Assembly (NCBI RefSeq): GCF_001194135.2 | Contig: NC_068984.1 | Span: forward strand, 12,238,213 to 12,302,212 | From: Octopus bimaculoides | Taxonomy: Eukaryota | Direction of reading: 5' to 3' | Length of the DNA: 64,000 bases | Part shown: positions 1 to 12,069 of the stretch, one piece after another | Layout: the number at the start of each line of letters is the position of its first letter | Position numbering within the stretch: the stretch's first letter is position 1 | The notes under the pieces: generated by a model | Databases searched by the model: none | The model's input: only the letters and a program-made list of their open reading frames with translations | What the model was told of the DNA's origin: nothing | Program-made: the position numbers and the translations under genes

Positions 1-591
1 TGTTTATGTAGTCGACACTTAATGTATATCGACTGAATGGACGTCAGTGATTGGTTGAAATTATCGAAATAAGACAATTTTTTACATGAAATAAATTCGA
101 ATACAAAAATATTTTTCTGTTCTATAACACAAAATAGATAAGTATACGAAGTTTGAAAGTCTTTCGGTACCAAAAACACTACGTAAAACATTAATGAAAA
201 ATGTGGCCCACGTTTTTAAAAAGATCCAAAACGATTAAGCACAATTTTTGTTTGTTATTTCTTGAAAAAAAAACATGACTTCTGCAACGTCAACACACAT
301 ACACATATACAGAATATACACACATATAATGAATGTCATGGTGTGTCAAACAACACAAACACACGTCCGCTATCTGTGACATATACACACACATAGTCTT
401 TGGGCTCTCTAAGGGGGAAAAAAAACGTTAACTTTTTGACACACACAATATTTTAATAATTTAGAAATATTTTTAACTGAATGTGATTTCAAAAATGTAA
501 GTTGTTTGTACAGTAAGGGGTGTGTTGTCATGTTTACGTACATACATCAATATATATGTGTATATCTTTTTTGTATGTGCGTGTGCCTGTG

Positions 592-698
<107 letters not shown>

Positions 699-976
699 GT
701 GAGTGAACGTGTGTGTTCTCATGTATGTGTAAGTGGCACTCTGTCTCTCTCTCTCTCTCAAACACACACGTCCATTTCATATATATGTTCATACATCTTT
801 CACTTCCTCCTCTCTTTCACTTTAAAACAAAAGTAAATAAATAAAAAAGTTTTTCAGAAATTAACGAACAAAACCAGCTGATCTGGATGACAGTTCTGAG
901 AGTCAAAGCGAAAGATCACCCCAAGGGAATACCGTTACAAATTTTTTTTCGAGTGCATTCAACTTATCTCAGCTCC

Positions 977-1095
977 AAAGATTTGGCTGCTATTTCTAGC
1001 ATGCCCTGCTACCACATAACAGCTATTTGCGATAAAGGAACTGAAATACCTGCTACGTGGTAGTAGGGCGTGCAAGAAATAGCAGCCAAATCTTT
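977..1095. repeat. Inverted repeat / hairpin, 45-bp stem, 29-nt loop
   Basis: 977-1021 versus reverse complement of 1051-1095: 40/45 identical. Confidence 0.9.
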
Positions 1096-1313
1096 CCTTT
1101 TCCGGGGAAAGGAGCTGTTAATGCATGATTTCGATGTCACATTCTTTGGAAGCATGCAAAATAACCTGGAAAAGAAAAAAAAAACCCCACAAAACAAAAC
1201 TCCGTTGCTGGGTAACTCAGACTTTCTAGGTGACCCAACAGGGGCACAGGTAGTCTAGTACATACATACACACATATATATATATATATATAAAATTTAT
1301 AAATTATATAAGA

Positions 1314-1464
1314 GGCGCAGGAGTGGCTATGTGGTAAGTAGCTTGCTTACCAACCACATGGTTCCGGGTTCAGTCCCACTGCGTTGCACCTTGGGCAAGT
1401 GTCTTCTACTATAGCCTCAGGCCGACCAAAGCCTTGTGAGTGAAATTGGTAGACGGAAACTGAA
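1314..1464 (+). mobile_element. tRNA-derived SINE family A, 5' half
   Basis: A-box-like TGGCTATGTGG, B-box-like GGTTCAGTCC, CORE-like ttgggcaagtgtctt; near-identical to the copy at 59767. Confidence 0.85.
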
Positions 1465-1469
1465 CTTGC

Positions 1470-2779
1470 TGTGGTGTTTGCGTACGAGTAGATGTAATCG
1501 CCTTACCTCGGTTTTCCTTTCCTCGACTGCGAGTCCGTCTTGCGGTATCCGATCCTTGAAGCTTGCCCCTACCCAAAGTACACCAGGAATAGCAGCTGCT
1601 TCTCCCAAACCTAGACCGTCGCTTAACACGTCTTGTCCTGACCGCAGCCCCGTTCGAAAAGGGCACGAATGCCGATCGAGGCTCCCTCTTCCCCTTTTCC
1701 TCTTCCGGTCGACTCGCCCTTCCGGTCAGCCTCCCCAGACACTGACGTCATACCACACGCCACCCTGATCTTAAAGATCACGTTCACCCCTACTCCAATT
1801 TGAAGTCCGCCATCCAACCGGGCGGGCGCCCTACACGTCGAGATNNNNNNNNNNNNNNNNNNNNNNNNNNNNNNNNNNNNNNNNNNNNNNNNNNNNNNNN
1901 NNNNNNNNNNNNNNNNNNNNNNNNNNNNNNNNNNNNNNNNNNNNNNNNNNNNNNNNNNNNNNNNNNNNNNNNNNNNNNNNNNNNNNNNNNNNNNNNNNNN
2001 NNNNNNNNNNNNNNNNNNNNNNNNNNNNNNNNNNNNNNNNNNNNNNNNNNNNNNNNNNNNNNNNNNNNNNNNNNNNNNNNNNNNNNNNNNNNNNNNNNNN
2101 NNNNNNNNNNNNNNNNNNNNNNNNNNNNNNNNNNNNNNNNNNNNNNNNNNNNNNNNNNNNNNNNNNNNNNNNNNNNNNNNNNNNNNNNNNNNNNNNNNNN
2201 NNNNNNNNNNNNNNNNNNNNNNNNNNNNNNNNNNNNNNNNNNNNNNNNNNNNNNNNNNNNNNNNNNNNNNNNNNNNNNNNNNNNNNNNNNNNNNNNNNNN
2301 NNNNNNNNNNNNNNNNNNNNNNNNNNNNNNNNNNNNNNNNNNNNNNNNNNNNNNNNNNNNNNNNNNAGCAGTTCTTCCACAGGACCCCTCTCCAAGAATA
2401 TCCCGTTCAGAATGCGGCCAATCTTGCTGGTAATTACTGTTCCTACCCAGCCGACCACGGTGGCCGAATCCGTCCGGATCTCGATCGAGTGCAGTCCCCA
2501 TCTCAGGGCCCTTTCAGCACCGCATCTAGTTCGGCGACATTGATGTGGTTGAAGTCGTCCGCTTTCCGTAGCCAGGCCGCATCCTCCACCTCAGCACCTT
2601 CGATCTCTAACACAACCCCTATCACTATACTGCTAGCATCACACCAAACCTAGACCGTCGCTTAACACGTCTTGTCCTGACCGCAGCCCCGTTCGAAAAG
2701 GGCACGAATGCCGATCGAGGCTCCCTCTGCCGTTTTTCCCCTTCCGGTCAGCCTCCCCAGACACTGACGTCATACCACA
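1470..2779 (-). mobile_element. Internally deleted Ty3/Gypsy-like LTR retrotransposon (contains a 522-N gap)
   Basis: TGTGGT...ACCACA ends; CTTGC TSD at 1465-1469 and 2780-2784; LTR 1470-1757 repeated partially at 2644-2779; RNase H-like VWCDASS...NVAELDAVLKG...IRTDSATVVGW (about 2649-2440); pol tail RRVGRPPGWMADFKLE*. Confidence 0.85.
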
Positions 2780-3351
2780 CTTGCATATTACATTTCATCT
2801 CCCCCAAATACCACTTGTCTCTCATCCACTCATTAGTTTTGCTGTCTTCTCCAAACCCAAAATATTTGGTAAATTCTTACTATTACCTGTCTCACAAGAT
2901 GTGAGCATAGTTGTAAGAATTTAATGAGGAGGGATAGGTTTTTTTTTTTTTTTGGACAAAATATTCTTTCGCAGAAGAAAACAACCACCCAAGTCCTTAC
3001 CCTTTTTTCTACTCCATAAGGAATCCTTCTGACAAAATCCACAGACTGCTGGAACTCATCAAAATATATTCTAAACATTCCTAGAAGTCAACATAAAATC
3101 ATTTAACAAGAAAACCTTTCATATGAATGGTTTTACAAACCACATTTATGCCGAAAATACTAATTTCCTTAACATATAGCAAATGATGCCGTGTCCACAG
3201 GCAACCACACTTATTGTAATCACAAGTGATATATTAAATGTTGCAGAAGTACATCACTTGAAAATAATATTTGCAGCAATAAATAAATACCACAGCGAAG
3301 GTTATTTGGCATAACTACAGATATGTGCCCCACCGACTTTGTTGCCTGATT

Positions 3352-3729
3352 TTTTTCCCTCATAACTTTCAGGAAAAAAGGTATATTTTAATGAAAATGT
3401 ATACAAATGCCTTTCAAACAGCATAGATTACGATTAAAAAGAAATTTGTGGGAGGAAATTTTTTTCCGAGGGTGTAGGGAGAGGAGTTTCGGATCAAGAA
3501 GACCACGTAAGTTGGAATTTCTCCGTTTTGAAGAATTGGAAAAATCTCTGTCGAAACTGAGAAATTCCAATATATGTGGTCTTCCTAATCAGAAACTCCT
3601 CTCCCCACACCCTCGGAAAAAAATTTCCCCACAAATTTCTTTATAATCGTAATCTATGCCGTTTGAAAAGTATTTGTGTAAACTTTCATGAAAAGATACC
3701 CATTTTCCCCTAAGTTATGAGGGGGAAAA
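3352..3729. mobile_element. Near-complete palindromic (foldback/MITE-like) element, ~180-bp arms, 19-nt loop
   Basis: 3352-3531 is the diverged reverse complement of 3551-3729; related fragments at about 3745-3840 and 9435-9545. Confidence 0.8.
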
Positions 3730-5333
3730 GTCGGGTCGAGTGAATTTTCCGAAACTTTTCTCCCCATCTCCTCGGAAAATTCTTTCCCATAAATTCCTAT
3801 ATCCTCTGAATCTACAGCATCTAAGCGGTATTTGCTGAAATTTTCGTTAAAATATATCCATTTTTCTGGAAGTTATGAGGCAACAAAATCGGAGGGGTAC
3901 ACATCTGTAGTTACGCCGGCTATTCCATGACCTGTGACTTGATGTATGCTTGCAAATACAGTTACATGTGATTTCTATATTCTTACCAGGCTGATGAAGT
4001 GTGAACAAGCTATTGATGGAAAGAAGTGACGCTGTTGCAGCATATTTTTTTACTTGCAATATACGAACTGGTTCGTTCTTTGAAAGAAGCCAGATTAGCC
4101 AACTGAAAATTATTGAGTGCTTCTTCGTTTCCAGGATTCCACGTGAAAGTATTTACCATGGAAAAAGCAGTTGAGGTGCAGGCAAAAACTGGGAGTGTTT
4201 TTTTCCAATGAAATGAAACCATTAAGGAACAAAAGTAAATAATGACGGTAGATACTATAAAGCACCCAAGACAGGCCCAACAAATGTTTTGATTAGATTC
4301 TTAAGTAACATGAGCAAACAGGTAAAACATGGCAAGTAACTACTCACGTGTATCGAATGTTAACAGCAAATACACGAGATACAATTACTTACCAGGAAGA
4401 ATTATGGCCTTTTGTGGGTTTTAACTTGTAAGTGGTGAAGATTTAAAACTGAATAAAGACCAGTATCATATATAAAGATTCTTAAGGTGTACCTGAAGAG
4501 TTTGCCACAAGAAATTGTCGATGCGCATATTTCCCCATGAAGAACTATTAATTAATTCTTTGGCATACACTCACAGCGTTTACGAAAGTTAAAAACCCAC
4601 GCAAAAAATTCACTTTCGCATTCGTAAACTCTTTCTTCAACACCCACAAGGAAATTACTTTCATTTTCAAGTATCGCTGGAAACAAAGTGAGTGTTGAAA
4701 GAAATAACATGCAGGCTGATGTAATCTTCTACTGCATGAACATGTGAGAGACTGGGTTCAGCAATTGTGATTATATATTTGTCAATCTAATTTATTCTAT
4801 AACTAACCAAAATTATATTTCAATTTTTAGGTATATATTTTTCATGCTACACGCAGATATTATGTTTCAGCCTTTTAGTTTTTCTGTTACTTTCATTGCT
4901 TTTCTATTTTATCGTTGTCGCTGCCCTTTTATTTTCATTTATGTCGCCTTTTAACTTCACATGTTTTTCACCCGAACCATTATCTACTGTGTTATCTATG
5001 TTGTGCCCTCAAAATTCAATAAGCCTGTCTTATTGGAAATACCTCAAAAACATCTACAGGGAGATTTTTGGCTGTTAGTTTTTTTTTTAAATATCATTGT
5101 CCAAGACCCCTTTATTTGAAGAGACCAGAAATTGAAAGAAGAGAGCGAAAAGGACAGCGAGAAAGAAAGTAAAAGATGTACGTATATATGAAATGGACGT
5201 GTGCGTGTGCGCGTGAGAGAGAGAGAGAGAGAGAGAGAGAGTGAGTGAAGATGTGTGTCGTGATGACTGTTGTCTTTTAAGGTACACACACATAGAAAAT
5301 GTGTCGTCAACGTATAAAATGTTTACGATACTC

Positions 5334-5550
5334 TTTTACTTGTTTTAGTCATTTGATTGCGGTCATGCTGGAGTACCGCCTTTAGTCGAGCAAATCGACC
5401 CCAGGACTTATTCTTTGTAAGCCTAGTACTTATTCTATCGTTCCATTTTGCCGAACCACTAGGTGACGGAGACGTAAGCACACCACAATCGGTTGTCAAG
5501 CGATGTTGGGGGGGAGGGGGCAAACAGAAGACACACATACATATATACAT
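5334..5550 (-). mobile_element. SINE family A, 3' half
   Basis: Reverse complement of the tail of the 59767 copy. Confidence 0.85.
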
Positions 5551-6075
5551 CCGTCTATCCTCAACTGTCTCAGGAACTGACAAACCTAGTTCTCTCTACT
5601 GTAGAAGAGCTTCATCCACTTCCCTGTTGGAACTAGTTCATGTTGAAAAGGAGATGTTGCCTAACGAAGGGAAGAAAGCTGCCTGGTCGCTGGACTCCGG
5701 AGAGAAACCGACACTGACCAAGCATTAGAGTTCCCTGAAGATTAGGTTGTCAAAACATTGGAGAAACGACGAGAATTTATAAGGGACTAACTCTGAGAAA
5801 ATACAATAACTTAGGAATTGACAAGTAATTCCAAAATATAAAAGAACCTTGGCCGGGCTCAATTGCCTAGTTGCTCAAGGTTAGCCATGTTGGATTGAAA
5901 GATGGGCTTGAAAGCGCGGTCAGAATGATGAGAGGAAGGAAGGAATATCGTCCTCGCAGTTGCAAGGACCTTATTAGGAGGGCCCTCCAAACAAGCATCA
6001 TCAAGATATCAGACATTCAAGTTCAGGTCAACTCCCATCTTCGTAACGTTATTAAATGTCAGTGCAAATAAAGTA

Positions 6076-6530
6076 GGTCCGAGCGGGCCGCGAAATTTTT
6101 TTTCCAATGAGTTCTAGATCCCAGTTAAAGACATCATTTGCATACAGCCAATCAGAGCTCATCTTGACCTTGTCGTCAAGGTTATGTCTGACAAGTATAG
6201 ATATCGGATTTTGTTAGGGCCTCATATCGTAAAGATGTGGGTAGAGGGTGATGTGCTAGCAACCCTCCCCCCTTACTGTTTTACAAAGTAAACAACAACA
6301 CAAATAATTACGCAGAGGTAGCCATGGTAAGAACAAGAACAACAAGCATTATTAAAAGAGAAAAGAAGCATGGTCATTCCTTACCCAAGTGACCTTATCT
6401 TATCGCCCAACACTTGTTATGCGCTCATAAATTAGTTTGATAGTTGAGCTCTGATTGGCTGTATGCAAATGAGTTCATCACTGGGGGTCCGGAACTCTCG
6501 TGGGAAAAAGATTTCGCGAGCGGGTCGTCC
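6076..6530. mobile_element. MITE-like element with ~85-bp imperfect TIRs, flanked by TA
   Basis: TA at 6074-75 and 6531-32; perfect 28-bp inverted core at 6134-6161 / 6445-6472. Confidence 0.7.
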
Positions 6531-7310
6531 TATTGGACCCCAGAGGTAGATGAGACGTGGCCAGCAAAGGAGAGGTAAGAGGGCTCCCGATTAGCTTGCC
6601 AAGTAAAGTTGTAGAGATTTGGGACACTCTTAGTGCATGGAGGATGACATTCCGGCTGATGGAACTGAATGCATTCTTGAGACCTGGATACTGATATTCA
6701 ACCAAGTCGGCCATGGCAGGATCTGAACTCAGAATACATTATTTACAGTTCTGCCAATCCACTGCCCTAGACTGGTACTTTTATCATCGACCCCGAAAAT
6801 TGGTCACAAAGGATTTTAACACAGAGCACAGAGAATGGTAACAAATATCTTGAGGTTGCTCTCTCTCTCTCTCCGACACTCTAACGACTATACTAATTTA
6901 TTACTTAATTGCTGGGTTAATCTCAGTTGATTGACGTGTTTCAACTCACTATAATTACATAGGATAGCCCCTATTGTACTTTTCAAGTAAGATTGCCGGT
7001 GATTTTAATGCTTTATTATTTTTTTAAAGGGTAAAGTGCGAGGGAATACAATTTACAAAAAGAAATGCGTAACAGAATTTTTTAAATAAAAACCGAGGGT
7101 AATCTTTTGTTTGAAGTATCGAGAAAGTTAGAAATCGAATTTGTTGACAAAGACTTGATAATAAAATGAGGCTGAAAGAAATTTTCAAACTGAAAGCCTA
7201 TTTCGAAAATCTTTATGTATTGAAGAAATGGCTGGACCTTTCGGATCGCATACTTCGTGAGAATTGTACAAAAGGACGTGATTAACACTGTTGATCTAAC
7301 TGAAAGGAAT

Positions 7311-7464
7311 TACCATATTTTAACGTGTATAAGAAACCCTTTTTTATAAAAAATTTAGGTTAAAAAAATATACATGGATAGTATTATAATCCTTTACAAA
7401 ACCCTTTTTCCAAATTTTAAGCCTCCTAAATTAGGGGGTTCCTTATACACTTTAAAATACGGTA
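7311..7464. mobile_element. Small pogo/Tigger-like MITE
   Basis: TIR taccatattttaacgtgtataagaaaccc versus rc taccgtattttaaagtgtataaggaaccc (26/29). Confidence 0.7.
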
Positions 7465-8879
7465 TTTCTTGAGTGTTATTTGCAATGTAATGTTCGATAA
7501 TGAAAGTAACAAGTTTCTATCATCTCTGAGATTAATAAATTAGTGTGGTTCTGTGAGCCGATGTGTTTGGTGAATCACCAGACATTCTCAACTGGAAAAG
7601 TTTGGAGGTGTTATATATATCATACGACTGCGACCATACTAAGGCACAGCCTCGAAGGGTCTAGTTGAAGAAATCTACCCCGATACTTATGTTTTTTTAA
7701 AGTCCGGTTTACGGGAACGTAAACAAACCAATATCGGTGTGTGTGTAGGGCAAGCACAAAGATACACACGCACTCAGTTATATATGACGGTCCGCATCTA
7801 CCATATTCACTCACAAGGCATTGGTCAGCCTGGGACTATAGTGGAAGGCACTTACCCCAGATGCCGCGTATTGAACACGAAACCATGTGGTTGAAAAGCG
7901 AGCTTTTTAACCACACAACCATGCAGGTACACTCGAAGAAACATAAGACAAGATAATTTTTCACTCTGGTCTCATATTCCATTGTCACTCCATGTTAAGC
8001 TTATTTTTCGGGTTGTGATCACAAAATGAAAGCAGGAATATTTACATTATTTGGCAGATGTAGAGAATAAATACTCACCTTTTTTCATATTTCTTCAGAT
8101 TCGTTTGTTTTAATTCCCTAATCCACCTCCCAAATTTTTTGCTAACTTTTTTTGTTGAAAAAACTGGTGGTGGTGGGGAATCAAATAATGAAAAAGGCAC
8201 GCAGACTCCCTCAGTTATACAATGGACCAGGAAATACTAGGGTTCTCTTCTAAAATTTTTATGGTAACTCCAGACCCTAATATTAGGGTGATTACAACAA
8301 GCAATACGCCCTCAGACGTATCATGACATTACGGTGAGACAGGACATCCGCAATGACGAATACTTCGTCCTCGCGGCCAATCTTTCCCGTGTTTGTATTT
8401 AGTATGTTTTCTTCGGCTGTTGAAGTGCAAACTTCTTACAAACGAAACTGCTACATATTTCTATGGTGGTGGTGAGTCTTAGGAAAGTAAAATCAAAATG
8501 ATTATAACGGAAGTTGCTATGATTCTATTGTTTTTGAAAAATAATAAATTGTATTTTCATTGATTAAGTAGAAATGGAAAGGCAGTACCCATGGTCATTT
8601 TAGATTTTTTAAACTAGGGAATATTAACAGCCTTTTATTTAATAATTTTGTTTTACAGGATGGCTATAATAATAAGGAAGTTAAATTTACCGTTGCTATA
8701 TTTAAATCTGAATCTGTAGGTTATGGAAGAAATATAGAATGGTATGTGGGCAATTATGAAAAAGAGCCACTTGTAAGACTTTTATGACATATACAGTGCT
8801 TTGATGAACTACAAATTATTGGGAAAGATTAAAAGAGAAGACAGAAAGCAGCAATAAATGTGAAGAGACAGCAAGGCGG

Positions 8880-9340
8880 ACATGGCGAACCGTCACCACA
8901 GCCCCTTCTGTGTAACTTCAGTTTTGATTTTACAAGTGTTTTGTCTTGCTGCCTAAATGCTGGTCGTTTCGCTCCTTACACCGAGCTAAGCCTGATCATT
9001 AAGCAGGCCCTGGTAAATATCTCCTCAGTTCTGGAGTTAGTGGGATAATCAGGAAGTAATAGGAAGAGACAAGATGGTCTTGCCCTTTCTCTCTAGGTAA
9101 GAGGTAGGTGCTTCATCTGGGACGTCAGTCTGTAACTCCCTTGCTCCCGACCACATTCTGGATGTTTCGGTAAATGGGAGGGTCATTGCTTCCGTAGCCG
9201 AACGGAACAAAATTTTTAAAAGTTGGAACTTGTCAGCGAACCACTTCTGGCCTGTGCCGTTTGGGACGTTTAGAAGGGCCGGGCCACTAACAGCGAATTT
9301 CTAGTCATCGTTAGAGGATCGCCTTTCCGAGTTGTCGAGT
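8880..9340 (+). mobile_element. Decayed 3' end of an RLE-type (CRE/NeSL-like) non-LTR retrotransposon
   Basis: With stops and frameshifts: LSCCLNAGRF..ELSLIIKQAL..SVLE..RKRQDGL..GRCFIWDV..VASVAERNKI..FWPVPFGTF, matching zinc knuckle + R-PD-D-K restriction-like endonuclease layout. Confidence 0.65.
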
Positions 9341-11263
9341 GATACCTGTGAGGGTGGTACTTGTAGAAATTTACCAAAAGTGCGTAAAAAATTATCCATT
9401 TTTCTAAAAGTTACGTGTAAAGAAAGCCGTCTCGTATGAATTTCCCGAAACTCCTCACCCCCACGCTCGGGAACATTTTTTTCACAATAAATTACGATAA
9501 ATTGAGAATCTACATCATCTGAAGCATATTTGAAGAAAATTTCAAGTAAAAAGGAGCACAATAAAGACTAGAATACTCCTATAAGATATCGTAGATGTGA
9601 ATGGAACGATAATAGAAGATATCTTTAAATCAAGGTGTTGTTTATTCAAGAGTTATTTGTAGTTGTTGCTAATAAGGTGAGTTCCGTTTCTAACAGCATG
9701 TATCACCATAGAGGTTCAAATTGAGATTGTGATCTTGATTATAAAATGAATTGTGAATATATACACAATTAGAAAATTGTAAGCTACTCGAGACTAAATA
9801 ATTTATCGCAAAAGGGAAAAAGTTGTTAATTAGCACCTAGGGAACAGTGATCGGGCAAACCTGTAATCAAAGATGTTCCAGCCATTAACTTCTCGTCCTT
9901 TTAGGGGTGTTTTACAACTGAGATCATCTAATGTACCTAACTTTCCAAACTGAAGACGGTAGGGATACAATTTGAGGGAGATTTAAAAGCTATTTCTAGA
10001 AAGGGGTGACCACGTAGTGGCTCCCTAGGCGACTCGTGTCACCGGCGCACATAAACAAACCACAAACATTGTTGCATTAAATGTATAAATACTTCAAATA
10101 ACGCTCACATGACAACAAATAATATACAAAAGTAACTCAACTCACCATATGAGAGATCCCATTTTAAAAGACATGAATAGTAAGAGAAAACTTCCAACAT
10201 TAATAAAGCGAAAGAGATTTTTCGATGGCATTAAGTAGGTTGTATTTAAAAATAGGATCGTGTAATGCAGGCGGCCTACGGATTGCAGAGGTTAAAAGTT
10301 TAACTTAGATGACAAAGATGATTATAAATATACTAGCTGGCTCCGTGCCGTCAAATATGACGGCTAATTGTAGTATTTTATATATGAATAAGGTACATAA
10401 TAATCACAGATACAAACATTCACATACTTCCCTTGTACACACACACACACACACATATACTCGCACGGAGTTGAAATACTGTTTGATTTTTCTTTTCAGC
10501 GTTGAATGTTCACCATCTCACTTTCATTGCACACACACACACGCACACACACACACAAACATTCACATGACTCCTTTTTACATACACACACATATACTCA
10601 CGCAGAGTTGAAATGTTGTTTGATTTTTTTTATCACAGTAGAACTTCCATCATCACACTACCAAGTTTGCCATCACCCCTTCCTTTCTCATTCATAGGTT
10701 GTGACGGAGATAGACACAAGAGTATTATCATAGTAGAAGATATATATATATGAACAATATAATTTAACTCATATTTGAATATATATACATATATATATGT
10801 AGTGGGAGAGGTGTAGCAAAAGATGTCATTGAGGTTGCAGATGAAATAGGCATCTGGACGACATCAAAACAAAACAATGGGAAAGCATCGGATTGTGGTT
10901 TAAATAATTTATTTAATAGACACTTGCATTTACTTGTTTTATACACCAAAAATTTCACTACATGACATAACCATCTTGCTTCCAGTTGGCGAAGAAGAAA
11001 ATAAACGGGAAATACTGTGTCGATGAAATGAGGTAGAACCGGGCATGTTTTGTATCTGTGTGTGCATTGGTCATTCGGTGGTGTCTGTTTTTGTTCTGCA
11101 AGTGCTACTGTGTTGGGTCGTTCATGCTGAATATGTGGTTCTATGTTGGCTGCTTTGACTGGCGCAAGTTACTGGTTGGCTGTCTGCTTGTCTCTTGACA
11201 GTTCACCTGGTGATGGCTGTCTGCAGTCTCTTGACGGATTCCCGCTTGATGGCTATCTCACTG

Positions 11264-11387
11264 TATTTATAATGGTCATGACAGCTAGAAGGACGGACAT
11301 ACCACAGGAGTAATTTCTACTTATGTAGGTCGCCTCCTGTCCACTTGAACCTTAAATGACACAGCTCAGGTCATAGGTCAAAGGGAA
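11264..11387 (-). promoter_or_regulatory. Candidate promoter: TATAAATA (minus strand, 11271-11264) + perfect nuclear-receptor DR1 AGGTCA-T-AGGTCA (11368-11380)
   Basis: Motifs read directly; unique, GC-richer sequence follows on the minus strand. No transcript evidence. Confidence 0.4.
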
Positions 11388-11479
11388 ATCCATCCATCAC
11401 TTTTTGACAGGACAAAGAAATTTCTTTTGTGCCTGTTTGGCCAGAGGTGGATCAGACGAGTGAAGATCCTTAAATTCCT

Positions 11480-11708
11480 TTGAGCCCTTTAGTATTCAGA
11501 TTATTCTCTTGAATGTAATGTTTGTTTATTTGTATTGTTTCCAAATCAACTATGCATTGTCTTGTAGTTTAGAGATTTTGGTGATGTGATTGTTTAGTTT
11601 TAGAATGGCATTGCATAGCTGTGATTAAAGGCCGGATCTGGCCAGTTTCAACATAAAACAGGTTGAATATTTTGACCGGATATGACTGGTTTGAATGCTA
11701 AAAGGTTA
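11480..11708. mobile_element. piggyBac-like MITE (CCCTTT...AAAAGG-TTAA)
   Basis: ccctttagtattca versus tgaatgctaaaagg + ttaa; left TSD degraded. Confidence 0.5.
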
Positions 11709-12069
11709 AACTTTGTAGTAGAGTTTATAACTTTGAATTTGATGAACTTTGTTGCTGCTCTGAGTTTCTTGTCCTGTTTATTTGTTTAGTCATCACAGTC
11801 AATATTCTTTTCCACTCGAGGCCCAAGGCCCAAAATTTGGGGGCTGTCGATTAGGTCAACTCCAGTATACAACTGGTACTTGATTTATTGACCCTGAAAG
11901 GATGAAAAGCAAAGTCGACCTCGGTGGAATTTGAACTCAGGACGTAAAGACACGAAATACCACTGAGCATTTCACCCATTGTGCTGACGATTCTGCCTGC
12001 TTGCAGCTGTCATCACAGTCAATATTAGCAACATATTTTAGGTGTATAAACAAAAAACATGTATCTCTT

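Noticed and set aside
1-230. Sequence resembling a high-copy octopus dispersed repeat
   Set aside because: Recognised only from memory; truncated by the window edge, with no second copy, TIR or TSD here to support a call.
1623-2543. Long ORFs spanning N-runs (also 16103-16667, 24049-24454, 30846-31343, 38141-38999, 43785-44279)
   Set aside because: Length comes from assembly gaps read as X; only the TE-derived flanks are meaningful.
8078-8260. Minus-strand open frame ending at aag|gtgagt, and a plus-strand gtg|gtgagt near 8472
   Set aside because: No convincing acceptor, low-complexity translation, no partner exons.
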